DNA from: Candidatus Moraniibacteriota bacterium
GTDB taxonomy: Bacteria; Patescibacteriota; Minisyncoccia; JAHIHE01; JAGLIN01
NCBI GenBank assembly: GCA_030641185.1
Contig: DAOWHY010000015.1
Span: 1-33,190 of the forward strand
DNA: 33,190 nucleotides
Direction: 5' to 3'
Both the position numbers and the translations under genes were made by a program. The notes beneath the pieces were generated by a model. That model did not search any database. It was not told where the DNA came from and was given only the letters and a program-made list of their open reading frames with translations. Below are positions 7,713 through 16,731 of this stretch, in pieces (position 1 is the first letter of the stretch; each line of letters begins with the position of its first letter).

Positions 7713-7852
7713 TGTCATTGCGAGGAGCCTGAGTAAGCGTAGCGAACGAGAAGGCGACGAAGCAATCCCGTGACTATACTCTTTGTGCATAGTCACGGGA
7801 TTACTTCGTCATTCCGTTTCGCTATCGCTCAACTTCATTCCTCGCAATGACA
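7713..7852. repeat. TGTCATTGCGAGG-type nested palindromic element, copy 1
   Basis: Ends are TGTCATTGCGAGGA...TCCTCGCAATGACA. Inner arms are GACGAAGCAATCCCGTGACTAT / ATAGTCACGGGATTACTTCGTC. Confidence 0.85.
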
Positions 7853-7859
7853 GATTAAA

Positions 7860-8012
7860 TTATTTTTCTTCCTCAATCAATTCCACTTCCAACGGTTCAG
7901 AAGAAATAACTTCATGTTCCGCGCCGCAAGCGGGACAGACTAAAACTTCTCCCAAATCAGGCATATCTTCTTCCACGGGAATTGGAGTTTTGCATTCTTG
8001 GCAATTTGGCAT
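7860..8012 (-). CDS. LysW-like zinc-ribbon protein (50 aa)
   Basis: Hand-translated as MPNCQECKTPIPVEEDMPDLGEVLVCPACGAEHEVISSEPLEVELIEEEK. It has two CxxC pairs and an acidic tail. Confidence 0.5.
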   Translation of the reverse strand: MPNCQECKTPIPVEEDMPDLGEVLVCPACGAEHEVISSEPLEVELIEEEK

Positions 8013-8154
8013 AGATTTGTGATTAACTGGTTATGGGTTTATTATAATGAGGATTTTGTTTGAAGTCAAAGGAAATGAAATAAATGATTTTGGCTATTGC
8101 TATTTTTATGTTCAGCGCTTTTTTGTTAAGAAGATATTATAACAAAAATTAATT

Positions 8155-8556
8155 ATGACAATCAATTATTTAAAACAATTTTCTCTTCTGAATTTGATTC
8201 TATCTATTTTAGTCACTTTTTTGATTTCTGAACCTGGTGTAATTTCTGGTATTGAACACGCAATAGTTCTAATTGCCTCAGCGGGTTTTATTGCTAGTTT
8301 TTTTATCAAAGAAAATTCACTTACTCATTATCTCAAATTAATATTTTTCAACACGCTGATTTTTAGTTTTTCGTTAGGTTTAATTTTTATGACGTTTGCG
8401 TTTATTTTTGATAGTCAGGTTAGGGAATCTTTTCATATTTATCATTTTATCCTTTTAATTTTTCCTATTTCTTTATATGGGCTATGTAATTTTTTCGGCG
8501 GATTGGCAGGAATTATTCCAAAGGGAATTGTTGAAAGATTAAAAATTAGTGAGTGA
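8155..8556 (+). CDS. Integral membrane protein, unknown function
   Basis: Four hydrophobic segments in the ORF-track protein. Confidence 0.6.
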   Translation: MTINYLKQFSLLNLILSILVTFLISEPGVISGIEHAIVLIASAGFIASFFIKENSLTHYLKLIFFNTLIFSFSLGLIFMTFAFIFDSQVRESFHIYHFILLIFPISLYGLCNFFGGLAGIIPKGIVERLKISE

Positions 8557-8582
8557 AATAAATTTTTTAAGCGATATAAAGC

Positions 8583-8610
8583 AAACTGACATCGTAGTCA
8601 GTTTTTTTAA
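8583..8610 (+). terminator. Intrinsic terminator
   Basis: AAACTGAC/GTCAGTTT stem followed by TTTTT. Confidence 0.6.
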
Positions 8611-8657
8611 ATTCAAAAAGTAGTGTATAATAAAAACAAAGAATAGAAAAATTATTT

Positions 8658-9839
8658 ATGTCTAAATCCAAAAAATTAAAATTTCCAAAAGACTTCCTCT
8701 GGGGTTCTTCGGTTTCTTCGTATCAGGTGGAAGGCAATGTTAATAATTGCGATTGGTCAGAAAAATTTCCGGCAAGGACAGCTTGCAATTATTATTTAAA
8801 TTATGAGCATTATTTTGATTTGGCAAAAGAGTTAAATCAAAATGTCCATCGCTTTTCACTTTCCTGGTCAAGAATTCAGCCGGCAGAGGGAAAATTTGAC
8901 CGTAAAGCAATTCTTCATTATCGAAAAATGCTTTTGGCGCTGGAAAAGAGAGGGATAAAACCAATGGTGACGATTTGGCACTGGACTCTTCCTTTGTGGA
9001 TGTCAGAAAAAGGAGGATGGGAAAATTCAAAATTTCCGGAATATTTTGAGCAATACACGAGATTTGTAGTTGAGGAACTTGATGATCTCGTTGATTTTTG
9101 GCTGACGACGAATGAACCGATGATCTACACTTCTCTTGCCTATATCCTGGGAAAATTTCCTCCTCAAAAAAATAATCTATTAGTTGTTCCAAAAGTTTTT
9201 TACAACTTTGTGAAAACTCACAAAAAAGCATATCAAGCCATCCATGATATTAGCGAAAACGCAAAAGTCGGTGTCGCGCAAAATCTTTCTTTTGTGGACG
9301 CTTATAATAAAAATTCTACTTTAAATAAAACCGTGGCAAGCGCTTTTAATTTTTTTAGAAATCGTTTGTTTTTAGAATTAACAAAAAACTATCAAGATTT
9401 TTTGGGAATAAATTATTATTTTCATGACAGAATAAAATTCAGTCCTTTTTCTTTTCCTCCCCTAAAGATTAAAAATAAAGATAAAGAAGTTTCAGATCTG
9501 GGATGGGAAATTTATCCCGAAGGGCTTTATTATGTCTTAAAAGATCTTAAAAAATATAATCTGCCAATTTATATTACGGAAAACGGGTTAGCGGACAAAG
9601 GAGATAAAAAAAGAGCAAAGTTTATCACAGAACATCTCAAGCAAATTCATCGGGCTATTGATGATGGAGTGGATGTAAAAGGATATATGCATTGGTCTCT
9701 AATTGATAATTTTGAATGGGCAGACGGTTTTGGACCAAGGTTCGGGCTTGTTGAAATGAACTATAAAACAATGGGGACTAAGGTTAGGGAGAGTGCGAGA
9801 GGGTACGCAGAAGTATGTAAAAATAATAGCTTATTTTAG
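8658..9839 (+). CDS. Glycoside hydrolase family 1 (beta-glucosidase-like)
   Basis: FLWGSSVSSYQVEG, acid/base TNEP, nucleophile ITENG, and a WSLIDNFEW tail. Confidence 0.9.
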   Translation: MSKSKKLKFPKDFLWGSSVSSYQVEGNVNNCDWSEKFPARTACNYYLNYEHYFDLAKELNQNVHRFSLSWSRIQPAEGKFDRKAILHYRKMLLALEKRGIKPMVTIWHWTLPLWMSEKGGWENSKFPEYFEQYTRFVVEELDDLVDFWLTTNEPMIYTSLAYILGKFPPQKNNLLVVPKVFYNFVKTHKKAYQAIHDISENAKVGVAQNLSFVDAYNKNSTLNKTVASAFNFFRNRLFLELTKNYQDFLGINYYFHDRIKFSPFSFPPLKIKNKDKEVSDLGWEIYPEGLYYVLKDLKKYNLPIYITENGLADKGDKKRAKFITEHLKQIHRAIDDGVDVKGYMHWSLIDNFEWADGFGPRFGLVEMNYKTMGTKVRESARGYAEVCKNNSLF

Positions 9840-9840
9840 C

Positions 9841-9979
9841 TGTCATTGCGAGGAGCGAAATTATCCGAAGGATAATTGAGCGACGAAGCAATCCCGTAAT
9901 TAAATTCACTGCGCGTAGCTACGGGATTGCTTCGTCGCCTTCTCACTCACTGCGTTCGTTCAGGCTTCTCGCAATGACA
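9841..9979. repeat. TGTCATTGCGAGG-type nested palindromic element, copy 2
   Basis: Starts 1 nt after the GH1 stop. It has the same ends and the same GAAGCAATCCCG / CGGGATTGCTTCGTCG core. Confidence 0.85.
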
Positions 9980-10007
9980 GTATCGTTAAAATATAAAATG
10001 TTAATTT

Positions 10008-10910
10008 ATGACTTGGATTCTAATCACAATCATCGCTCATCTTCTCAACGCCGTTGTTTTAATTATTGACAAGCATCTTGTTTCCAATACCGTTCTTCGT
10101 CCGGTTGCTTATACTTTTTACTCCGGCGTTTTTCAGGTTGGTTTTTTACTCTTAATTCCAATCGTTGGATTTACTTTTCCAGAAACGAGATTTTTAATTA
10201 TTGGTGTTTTAAACGGCGCTTTGTTTATTTTAGCTCTTCTTGTTTTTTACAAAGCGATTCGACTAAGCGAAACATCAAGAGTCATTCCAATCGTTGGCGG
10301 ATCTGTTCCGGTTTTTACTTTCTGCTTGTCTTATTTATTTTTAAATGAACGCTTAAGCATCGCTCAAATTGCCGCTTTTATTCTTTTTGTCTTTGGTGGA
10401 ATTTTGATGTCCACAAAATTTGATAATGGAAAGCTAATTATTATTAAAGGATTTTACTTCGCGATTTTATCCGGGCTTTTTTTCGCGGTTTATTACACGC
10501 TGGCAAAATTTCTATTTTTAAACACAGAATTTTTTGACGGATTTCTTCTCCTGCAATTTGGCGGATTTTTAGGATCGTTATTTTTGTTAATCTCTTCAAA
10601 AAACAGAAAAATAATATTTTCCACTCCACAGACAATCAAAAAAAGAACAGCGTTCTTATTCATCCCAAATAAAATTCTCGCCGCTCTCGCCGCAGTAATG
10701 ATTTTCTACGCAATTTCCATAGAAGAAAGCAGTGTCGCGATTATCAATTCCCTGCAAGCGTCGCAATATGTTTTTCTCCTAATTTTCGCGTTTATTCTTT
10801 CCAAAAAACTTCCTGATTTATATAATGAACAAGTTGGGAAAAAAGTGATTATGAAAAAATTATTAGCGATTGGCTTGATTGGGGTGGGGCTGGTTTTATT
10901 AGTTGGATAA
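10008..10910 (+). CDS. DMT/EamA-like transporter
   Basis: About 10 hydrophobic helices in two halves. The family call rests on architecture only. Confidence 0.6.
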   Translation: MTWILITIIAHLLNAVVLIIDKHLVSNTVLRPVAYTFYSGVFQVGFLLLIPIVGFTFPETRFLIIGVLNGALFILALLVFYKAIRLSETSRVIPIVGGSVPVFTFCLSYLFLNERLSIAQIAAFILFVFGGILMSTKFDNGKLIIIKGFYFAILSGLFFAVYYTLAKFLFLNTEFFDGFLLLQFGGFLGSLFLLISSKNRKIIFSTPQTIKKRTAFLFIPNKILAALAAVMIFYAISIEESSVAIINSLQASQYVFLLIFAFILSKKLPDLYNEQVGKKVIMKKLLAIGLIGVGLVLLVG

Positions 10911-10917
10911 AAAAATA

Positions 10918-10941
10918 CAGTAGGAATATTAGATCCTACTG
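10918..10941. terminator. Hairpin between convergent genes
   Basis: CAGTAGGA/TCCTACTG stem. The right arm overlaps the stop of the minus-strand ORF. Confidence 0.45.
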
Positions 10942-11361
10942 CGAAGCTTCTTCTTTTGTTATTTTTGGCCTTACTATTATTTCGAAGGTAAAACCCAGAA
11001 ATATGCCTAATATGACGAATAGCACAACAAGAAAATCTTCTAATGAGCTATATGGCAGTATGCCGTATGCTAATACATTATAGGCATAATTTACCATGCC
11101 AATTGTCATAACCATAACTATAAAAAATCCTTGACTTCTTGGATAGCATAGATGAACGAGTGGTGATTTGTAAAGCAATACTGTTGGAAAAAATCCTATT
11201 CCTGTCCAAATAATTATTACCGCCCAAAAATTAGGAGCGCCAATGGGAGGTAAAATATACCACACATTCAGCATAATCAGAGCAAATATTGCCAATAATA
11301 TTCCCACTAAACCCATTTTAGATCCAAACTTAAAGTCATTTATTATTTGTTCATTATTCAA
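10936..11361 (-). CDS. Integral membrane protein, unknown function
   Basis: ORF track protein with four hydrophobic segments. Confidence 0.6.
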   Translation of the reverse strand: MNNEQIINDFKFGSKMGLVGILLAIFALIMLNVWYILPPIGAPNFWAVIIIWTGIGFFPTVLLYKSPLVHLCYPRSQGFFIVMVMTIGMVNYAYNVLAYGILPYSSLEDFLVVLFVILGIFLGFTFEIIVRPKITKEEASQ

Positions 11362-11416
11362 TTTTTAGTCCTCCATTTATTTATACCTACAAAAAACATA
11401 ACTCAAATCCAAACTT

Positions 11417-12424
11417 ATGTCAATAATAAAAAACCGCAAAACTTCAAGAAAGAAAATTTTGATAGTTATAATTCTTCTTGCTATGATTGCTTTAATAATT
11501 TATTTTATCTACACTCCAAAAAGAGAAGATGTGAAATATGGCGTAACATTTAGCAAACCCTTTGCCGAACATTTGGGATTAGATTGGCAGGAAACATATT
11601 TAGCTTTATTAGACGACGCTGGCGCGAAGAGAGTGCGCCTGCCGTCATATTGGACAGAAATAGAAACAAAAAGAGGCGAATATTCATTTGAAGATTTAGA
11701 CTGGCAAATTAAAGAGGCGGAAAAACGCGGAGTGAAAATAATTCTTTCCCTGGGGCAAAAACAACCGCGCTGGCCGGAATGCCATATTCCAAATTGGGCA
11801 AAAGAACTTAATGAATATGAACGGCAAGATGAGCTTACTAAAATAATTACAAAAGTTATAGAACGATATAAATATAAAGAAGGCATTATTGCCTGGCAGG
11901 TGGAAAACGAACCCTTTTTGGCCTTCGGAGAATGTCCGGAATTTGACAAAAACTTCCTTGATAGAGAAATTGCCTTGGTCCGTTCTCTTGATAGTCGTCC
12001 TGTTATAATTTCTGACAGCGGCGAGCTTGGCACTTGGTATAGCGCCGCGAAACGAGCGGATATTTTAGGAACCACCTTATATAGAATTGTCTGGAACGAT
12101 CACATTGGCTATGTTCATTATCCGATTGCTTCCGTTGTTTACAGAATAAAAGCGGCAATCATTATGTATATTACCGGCGTGGAAAAAATAATCATCGTAG
12201 AATTACAAGCTGAACCTTGGGGACCGGAAATGATAATTAATACACCGATAGAAGAGCAATACAAATCAATGAGCCCGGAGCAGTTTCGTGAGAACATAGA
12301 ATATGTCAAAAAAATAGAATTTTCAGAAGCTTATTTATGGGGAGGAGAATGGTGGTATTGGTTAAAAACAGTTAAGGGCGATGATCGGATTTGGGAAGAA
12401 GCGAAAGAGGTGTTTGAGAATTAG
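11417..12424 (+). CDS. Membrane-anchored clan GH-A (TIM-barrel) glycoside hydrolase, GH5/GH42-like
   Basis: N-terminal TM anchor, RVRLPSYWTEIE..GEY.F..LDW, and a WQVENEP acid/base motif. Confidence 0.7.
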   Translation: MSIIKNRKTSRKKILIVIILLAMIALIIYFIYTPKREDVKYGVTFSKPFAEHLGLDWQETYLALLDDAGAKRVRLPSYWTEIETKRGEYSFEDLDWQIKEAEKRGVKIILSLGQKQPRWPECHIPNWAKELNEYERQDELTKIITKVIERYKYKEGIIAWQVENEPFLAFGECPEFDKNFLDREIALVRSLDSRPVIISDSGELGTWYSAAKRADILGTTLYRIVWNDHIGYVHYPIASVVYRIKAAIIMYITGVEKIIIVELQAEPWGPEMIINTPIEEQYKSMSPEQFRENIEYVKKIEFSEAYLWGGEWWYWLKTVKGDDRIWEEAKEVFEN

Positions 12425-12439
12425 AAATTAATTTTAACC

Positions 12440-12586
12440 TGTCATTGCGAGGAGCCCAAGTGAGCGTAGCGAACGAGAAGGCGATACCGTACTAAATACG
12501 GCACAAGCTCCGCAATCCCGTGATTAAATTCTTCGCGCATAGTTACGGGATTGCTTCGTCGCTCTGCGGAGCTCCTTGCAATGACA
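12440..12586. repeat. TGTCATTGCGAGG-type nested palindromic element, copy 3
   Basis: Same ends as copies 1 and 2. It carries an extra inner hairpin CCGTActaaaTACGG and AGCTCCGCA/TGCGGAGCT arms. Confidence 0.85.
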
Positions 12587-12594
12587 GATCAAAG

Positions 12595-12623
12595 TTGTCA
12601 TAATTTTTCAAAACTATTATACT
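12595..12623 (+). promoter_or_regulatory. Promoter candidate TTGTCA-17-TATACT
   Basis: The -10 box ends 6 nt before the corA ATG. Confidence 0.5.
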
Positions 12624-12629
12624 AAACAT

Positions 12630-13556
12630 ATGATCAAAATATATAGAAAAAAATTAAACGATTTACGGTTGAAGAAAATAAATAAAATAGAAAATGGCAG
12701 TTGGATTTTAGCCACAAATCCAAATAGAGAAGAAATAAAATCGCTCGCAAAATCTCTTAATCTTGATTGGACAATTCTTGAAGATGGGCTTGATGAAAAT
12801 GAAATTTCGCGGATAGAAAAAGACAAAGTTGGAAATTTCTATATGATTATGAGATTTCCGGTTGAGGATGAAGATCATAATATTATAACTATGCCGATTT
12901 TGGTTGTGATAACACAGGATAATATAATAACTTTATGCAAAACAAAAAATAAGATCATAGATAATTTTCTAACACGCAACAGTGATTTTTGCACAACGCA
13001 CAAAACGAATTTTTTGTTAAAAATTATTTTAGAAATTTTTGGCAGTTATGATTTATATCTGAGTAGGATTTTAAAAGATATAAAATCAAAGAAAATAAAA
13101 ATTGGCAATCTGGAAAATAAAGATATCTTATTTTTAGTTCAGGAAGAAGAAACCCTGAATAATTTTGTCTCTTCATTGTTTCCAGCAATAAATATTTTGG
13201 AAAAAATTCTCAGCGGCCGCTATATTACGATTTACGAAAAAGATAAAGATATTATGGAAGATCTTGTAATGGATAGCAATCAGACAATGGAACTTTCCAA
13301 AGCTGGGTCAAGATCAATTAAAAACATCCGCGAAGCATATTCCGCGATTCTCACAAATGAGCTTAACAAAATTATGAAAATTCTGACTTTTGTCACTATC
13401 TTTCTAACTATCCCAACAATCGTTTCCAGCATTTTCGGAATGAATGTCGCCTTGCCCTTAGAAGGAAATCCTCTTGCGTTTTTGTTTGTGATTATGATTA
13501 TATTTTTATTATCAGTTTTGTTTTTTGCGGTGATAAAGGGGAAGAGGTGGATATAG
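12630..13556 (+). CDS. corA: CorA family magnesium transporter
   Basis: GMN motif (IFGMNV) sits between two C-terminal TM helices. Confidence 0.9.
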   Translation: MIKIYRKKLNDLRLKKINKIENGSWILATNPNREEIKSLAKSLNLDWTILEDGLDENEISRIEKDKVGNFYMIMRFPVEDEDHNIITMPILVVITQDNIITLCKTKNKIIDNFLTRNSDFCTTHKTNFLLKIILEIFGSYDLYLSRILKDIKSKKIKIGNLENKDILFLVQEEETLNNFVSSLFPAINILEKILSGRYITIYEKDKDIMEDLVMDSNQTMELSKAGSRSIKNIREAYSAILTNELNKIMKILTFVTIFLTIPTIVSSIFGMNVALPLEGNPLAFLFVIMIIFLLSVLFFAVIKGKRWI

Positions 13557-13557
13557 A

Positions 13558-13593
13558 TAAATTGTTAAATTGTTCTATTGCTAAATTGTTAAT
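13558..13593. repeat. AT-rich AAATTGTTAAATTGTT-type element, half copy
   Basis: About 30/33 identical to the left arm of 17803-17879. Confidence 0.6.
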
Positions 13594-13604
13594 AATAAAT
13601 TTCT

Positions 13605-14057
13605 ATGCCTATAACAAAAGAAAGATTTAAAATAATCCCGGCTGTTTATCTAATTTTAAAAAAGGACGGAAAAATATTATTGTCGCGGCGATATAATACT
13701 GAACATGAAGACGGAAATTATAGTTTAGTTGCTGGACATCTTGAAGGAGATGAATCATTTCGACAGGCGATGATCAGAGAGGCCAAAGAAGAAGCTGATA
13801 TTACTTTGAATGCTAACAATCTAAAAGTTATACATATTACACACAAAAAGAAAGAGCCCGGCGGTGATTCTGAAAGAGTTGATATTTTTTTAAAAACAGA
13901 CAAATGGAAAGGTAAAATAAAAAATATGGAGCCAAATAAGTGTGATGACTTAAAGTGGTTTTTGATAGATGATTTGCCAGAAAATATAGTTTCTTATATT
14001 AGACACGCTTTAAAGCAGATTGAAAAAAATAAATTTTATAGCGAGTTGGGATTTTAG
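13605..14057 (+). CDS. NUDIX hydrolase
   Basis: Nudix box GHLEGDESFRQAMIREAKEEADI. Confidence 0.85.
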   Translation: MPITKERFKIIPAVYLILKKDGKILLSRRYNTEHEDGNYSLVAGHLEGDESFRQAMIREAKEEADITLNANNLKVIHITHKKKEPGGDSERVDIFLKTDKWKGKIKNMEPNKCDDLKWFLIDDLPENIVSYIRHALKQIEKNKFYSELGF

Positions 14058-14076
14058 ATTTTATTATTGAATAATT

Positions 14077-14697
14077 ATGATAAAAAATATTATTTTTGAT
14101 TGGTCAGGAACTTTGAGCGATGATTTGGTTTCTGTTTATACCGCAGTAATGGAAATCTTTAAAAAATTAGGATTAGAAGTTTTAACATTAGAAGAATTTA
14201 AAAAAGAATTTACTCTTCCTTATATGGAATTTTACAGAAAGTTTAAAAAAGATGTTGACAGGGAGGAACTTCAGAAATTATATGCTGAAGAGATTGAGTT
14301 AGTTGCTAAACCAAGACCGTTTTTAGAGGCAAAAGAAGTATTAGAATTTTTAAGACAGAAAGAAATTAAAATGATTTTACTGAGTGTTTATTTACAAAAG
14401 CAATTGGAAGAAGAAATAGAAAATTATAAATTCCAGAATTTTTTTGTTGATATAAATGGAAGCGTATATGATAAAACCAAAGTTGTCGCGGAGATAATGA
14501 GTAAAAATAATTTCAAATCAGATGAGACTATTTTTATTGGCGATATGACGCATGATATAGATGCCGGCAAAAAAGCGGGAGTAATAACAGTAGCAGTTTC
14601 TTATGGATATCAATCAAAAGAGAAATTACTTGAAAAAAATCCAGATTTTTTAATTGAAAATTTGGGAGAGTTAAAAAATGTTGTACTGTCAGTATAA
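14077..14697 (+). CDS. HAD superfamily hydrolase
   Basis: Motif I is FDWSGTL (second Asp replaced by Ser). A late GDMTHDIDAGKKAG motif is present. Confidence 0.8.
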   Translation: MIKNIIFDWSGTLSDDLVSVYTAVMEIFKKLGLEVLTLEEFKKEFTLPYMEFYRKFKKDVDREELQKLYAEEIELVAKPRPFLEAKEVLEFLRQKEIKMILLSVYLQKQLEEEIENYKFQNFFVDINGSVYDKTKVVAEIMSKNNFKSDETIFIGDMTHDIDAGKKAGVITVAVSYGYQSKEKLLEKNPDFLIENLGELKNVVLSV

Positions 14698-14701
14698 TAA
14701 T

Positions 14702-14753
14702 TGTCATTCCATTGTTAAATGAGCAATTGCTAAGTTGTTAAATATTTGTTAAT
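14702..14753. repeat. Hybrid repeat fragment
   Basis: TGTCATTCC start followed by ATTGTTAAAT..ATTGCTAAGTTGTTAAAT. Confidence 0.4.
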
Positions 14754-14817
14754 ATAAAAGTATAAAATATATGTTAAACAAAACATTATTTCAACAAAAA
14801 AGTTAAATGTTAAAATT

Positions 14818-15978
14818 ATGGATGTTAAATTTGAACACTCAGATTTAAAACTTATTAATCCACCTTTTGAATCAAAACTAGCCGATCTTATTATTGAACT
14901 TGATTATTTGCGTAAAAAACCGCTTGGCGGAACAACTTATCCATCAACCTTTTTTCAGTTAAAGAAAATTTTTCACACTTTAGAAAGTATTGGATCTGCA
15001 CGGATTGAAGGCAATAGAACAACTATTGCTGAATTTATTGAAACAAAAATTGAAAAGAGAGAAACTAAAGATGAAAAAATTATTGAAATACAAAATATGG
15101 AAAAAGCCCTTGCTTTTATTGATGAAAATATTAACAAAACAATAATTAATAGAATATTTGTTAGTGAGCTCCATAAACAAGTCGTTAAAAATCTTACTCC
15201 TCCTCCAGATGGAGAAGGCAGTGAAAATCCAGGTTATTTTAGAAAAAAGAATGTGCGTATTACCAGATCAAATCATCTTCCGCCTGATATGTCCCAAGTG
15301 CCTGCCTATATGGATGAACTTTTTGCTTTTATAAACAAAGAGGATTCTTCAAAATACGATCTTCTTAAAACAGCTCTTGCTCATCATCGTTTTGCTTGGA
15401 CTCATCCTTTTGATAATGGCAACGGAAGAACAGTCAGACTGTTTACATATGCCATGTTGGTAAAACAGGGTTTTAATATCCATATTGGACGGATTATAAA
15501 TCCAACTGCTATTTTTTGCAATGATCGCGATAAATATTATAAATTTTTATCAAAAGCTGACACTGGGATACAAACTGATTTATTAAGTTGGTGCGAATAT
15601 GTTTTGGATGGTTTAAAAAATGAGATAGATAAAATAGATAAATTATTAGATTATAATTATTTATCTAAAAATATTCTATTACCAGCTATTAATTTTTCCC
15701 TAGAAAGAAAATTAATAACACCGCAAGAAGAAAAAATATTGAAAATTGTTATTAAAAAGCAAATTATTCAAGCAGGAGATATTAGAAGTATTTTTCCTGG
15801 CAAAATTCCCGCGGAAGTTTCACGAACAATAAGAAAATTAAAAAATAAAGATATGTTAACGCCAGAGAAAGAAAAGTCAAGAAAATATGTGTTGCATTTT
15901 GAAAATAATTATCTCTTAAGAGGTATTATAGAAATGTTGGATAAAAATAATTTTCTTCCAGTTTCTAAAGATGAATAA
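14818..15978 (+). CDS. Fic family protein (class II-like, N-terminal inhibitory helix)
   Basis: HPFDNGNGRTVR at nt 15403-15438. SARIEG (S/TxxxE(G/N)) at nt 14995-15012. Confidence 0.9.
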   Translation: MDVKFEHSDLKLINPPFESKLADLIIELDYLRKKPLGGTTYPSTFFQLKKIFHTLESIGSARIEGNRTTIAEFIETKIEKRETKDEKIIEIQNMEKALAFIDENINKTIINRIFVSELHKQVVKNLTPPPDGEGSENPGYFRKKNVRITRSNHLPPDMSQVPAYMDELFAFINKEDSSKYDLLKTALAHHRFAWTHPFDNGNGRTVRLFTYAMLVKQGFNIHIGRIINPTAIFCNDRDKYYKFLSKADTGIQTDLLSWCEYVLDGLKNEIDKIDKLLDYNYLSKNILLPAINFSLERKLITPQEEKILKIVIKKQIIQAGDIRSIFPGKIPAEVSRTIRKLKNKDMLTPEKEKSRKYVLHFENNYLLRGIIEMLDKNNFLPVSKDE

Positions 15979-15997
15979 ATTCATAACGATTTAATCT

Positions 15998-16705
15998 ATG
16001 AAACTTGTTTTTGACATTGAAACAATCGGGGAGGATTTTGATACTCTTGATGGGACAACTCAAGGGGTTTTAACGCATTGGATTAAAAAAGATTCGTCAA
16101 ATGAAAAGGAATATCAGATAGCGCTGGAGGATTTGAAAAATGGTTTGGGATTTTCTCCTTTGACTGGCGAGATAGTCGCGATTGGGATTCTAGATTGTGA
16201 AAGTAATAAAGGCGCTGTTTATTATCAGTCGCCAGACAAAGAAGAGAAAGAATTTGAAGAAGAGGGAATTAAATTTAAAGCGATGCCGGAAAAAGAAATG
16301 CTGGAAAATTTTTGGAAAGTCGCGGAAAAATATCAGGATTTCATTGGTTTTAACAGTCGCGCTTTTGATGTTCCTTTTATGGTAGTTAGATCCGCAATTC
16401 ATAAAATTAAACCAAGCAAGAACTTGATGTCAAATAGATATTTAAATAGCCAAATTTATAACGCTAAGCATGTTGATTTGCTTGACCAATTAACTTTTTA
16501 CGGCGCGGTCTATCGAAGAAAAGGCGGACTGCATTTGTGGTGTCGGGCGTTTGGAATAAAAAGTCCCAAAGCGGACGGAGTGACTGGTGATGATGTTGGA
16601 AAGTTATTTAAAGAAAAGAAGTTTCTTGATATTGCCAAATATAATGTCGGTGATTTGCGAGCGACTAAAGAACTATATGAATATTGGGAGAAGTATATAA
16701 AATAA
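15998..16705 (+). CDS. DEDD 3'-5' exonuclease, PolB-exonuclease-like
   Basis: Exo I FDIET, Exo II GFNSRAFDVPF, Exo III YNVGDL. Confidence 0.7.
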   Translation: MKLVFDIETIGEDFDTLDGTTQGVLTHWIKKDSSNEKEYQIALEDLKNGLGFSPLTGEIVAIGILDCESNKGAVYYQSPDKEEKEFEEEGIKFKAMPEKEMLENFWKVAEKYQDFIGFNSRAFDVPFMVVRSAIHKIKPSKNLMSNRYLNSQIYNAKHVDLLDQLTFYGAVYRRKGGLHLWCRAFGIKSPKADGVTGDDVGKLFKEKKFLDIAKYNVGDLRATKELYEYWEKYIK

Positions 16706-16731
16706 AAATTTTAATAAATTAATTCAAAATT

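Noticed and set aside
7783-8022. 79-aa + strand ORF
   Set aside because: It starts inside the palindromic element at 7713-7852 and runs antisense to the better-supported LysW-like zinc-ribbon ORF.
14771-14836. Three ATGTTAAA direct repeats as a Fic operator
   Set aside because: An 8-mer made of A/T plus one G recurs easily in DNA this AT-rich. I kept it only as a note within the Fic finding.
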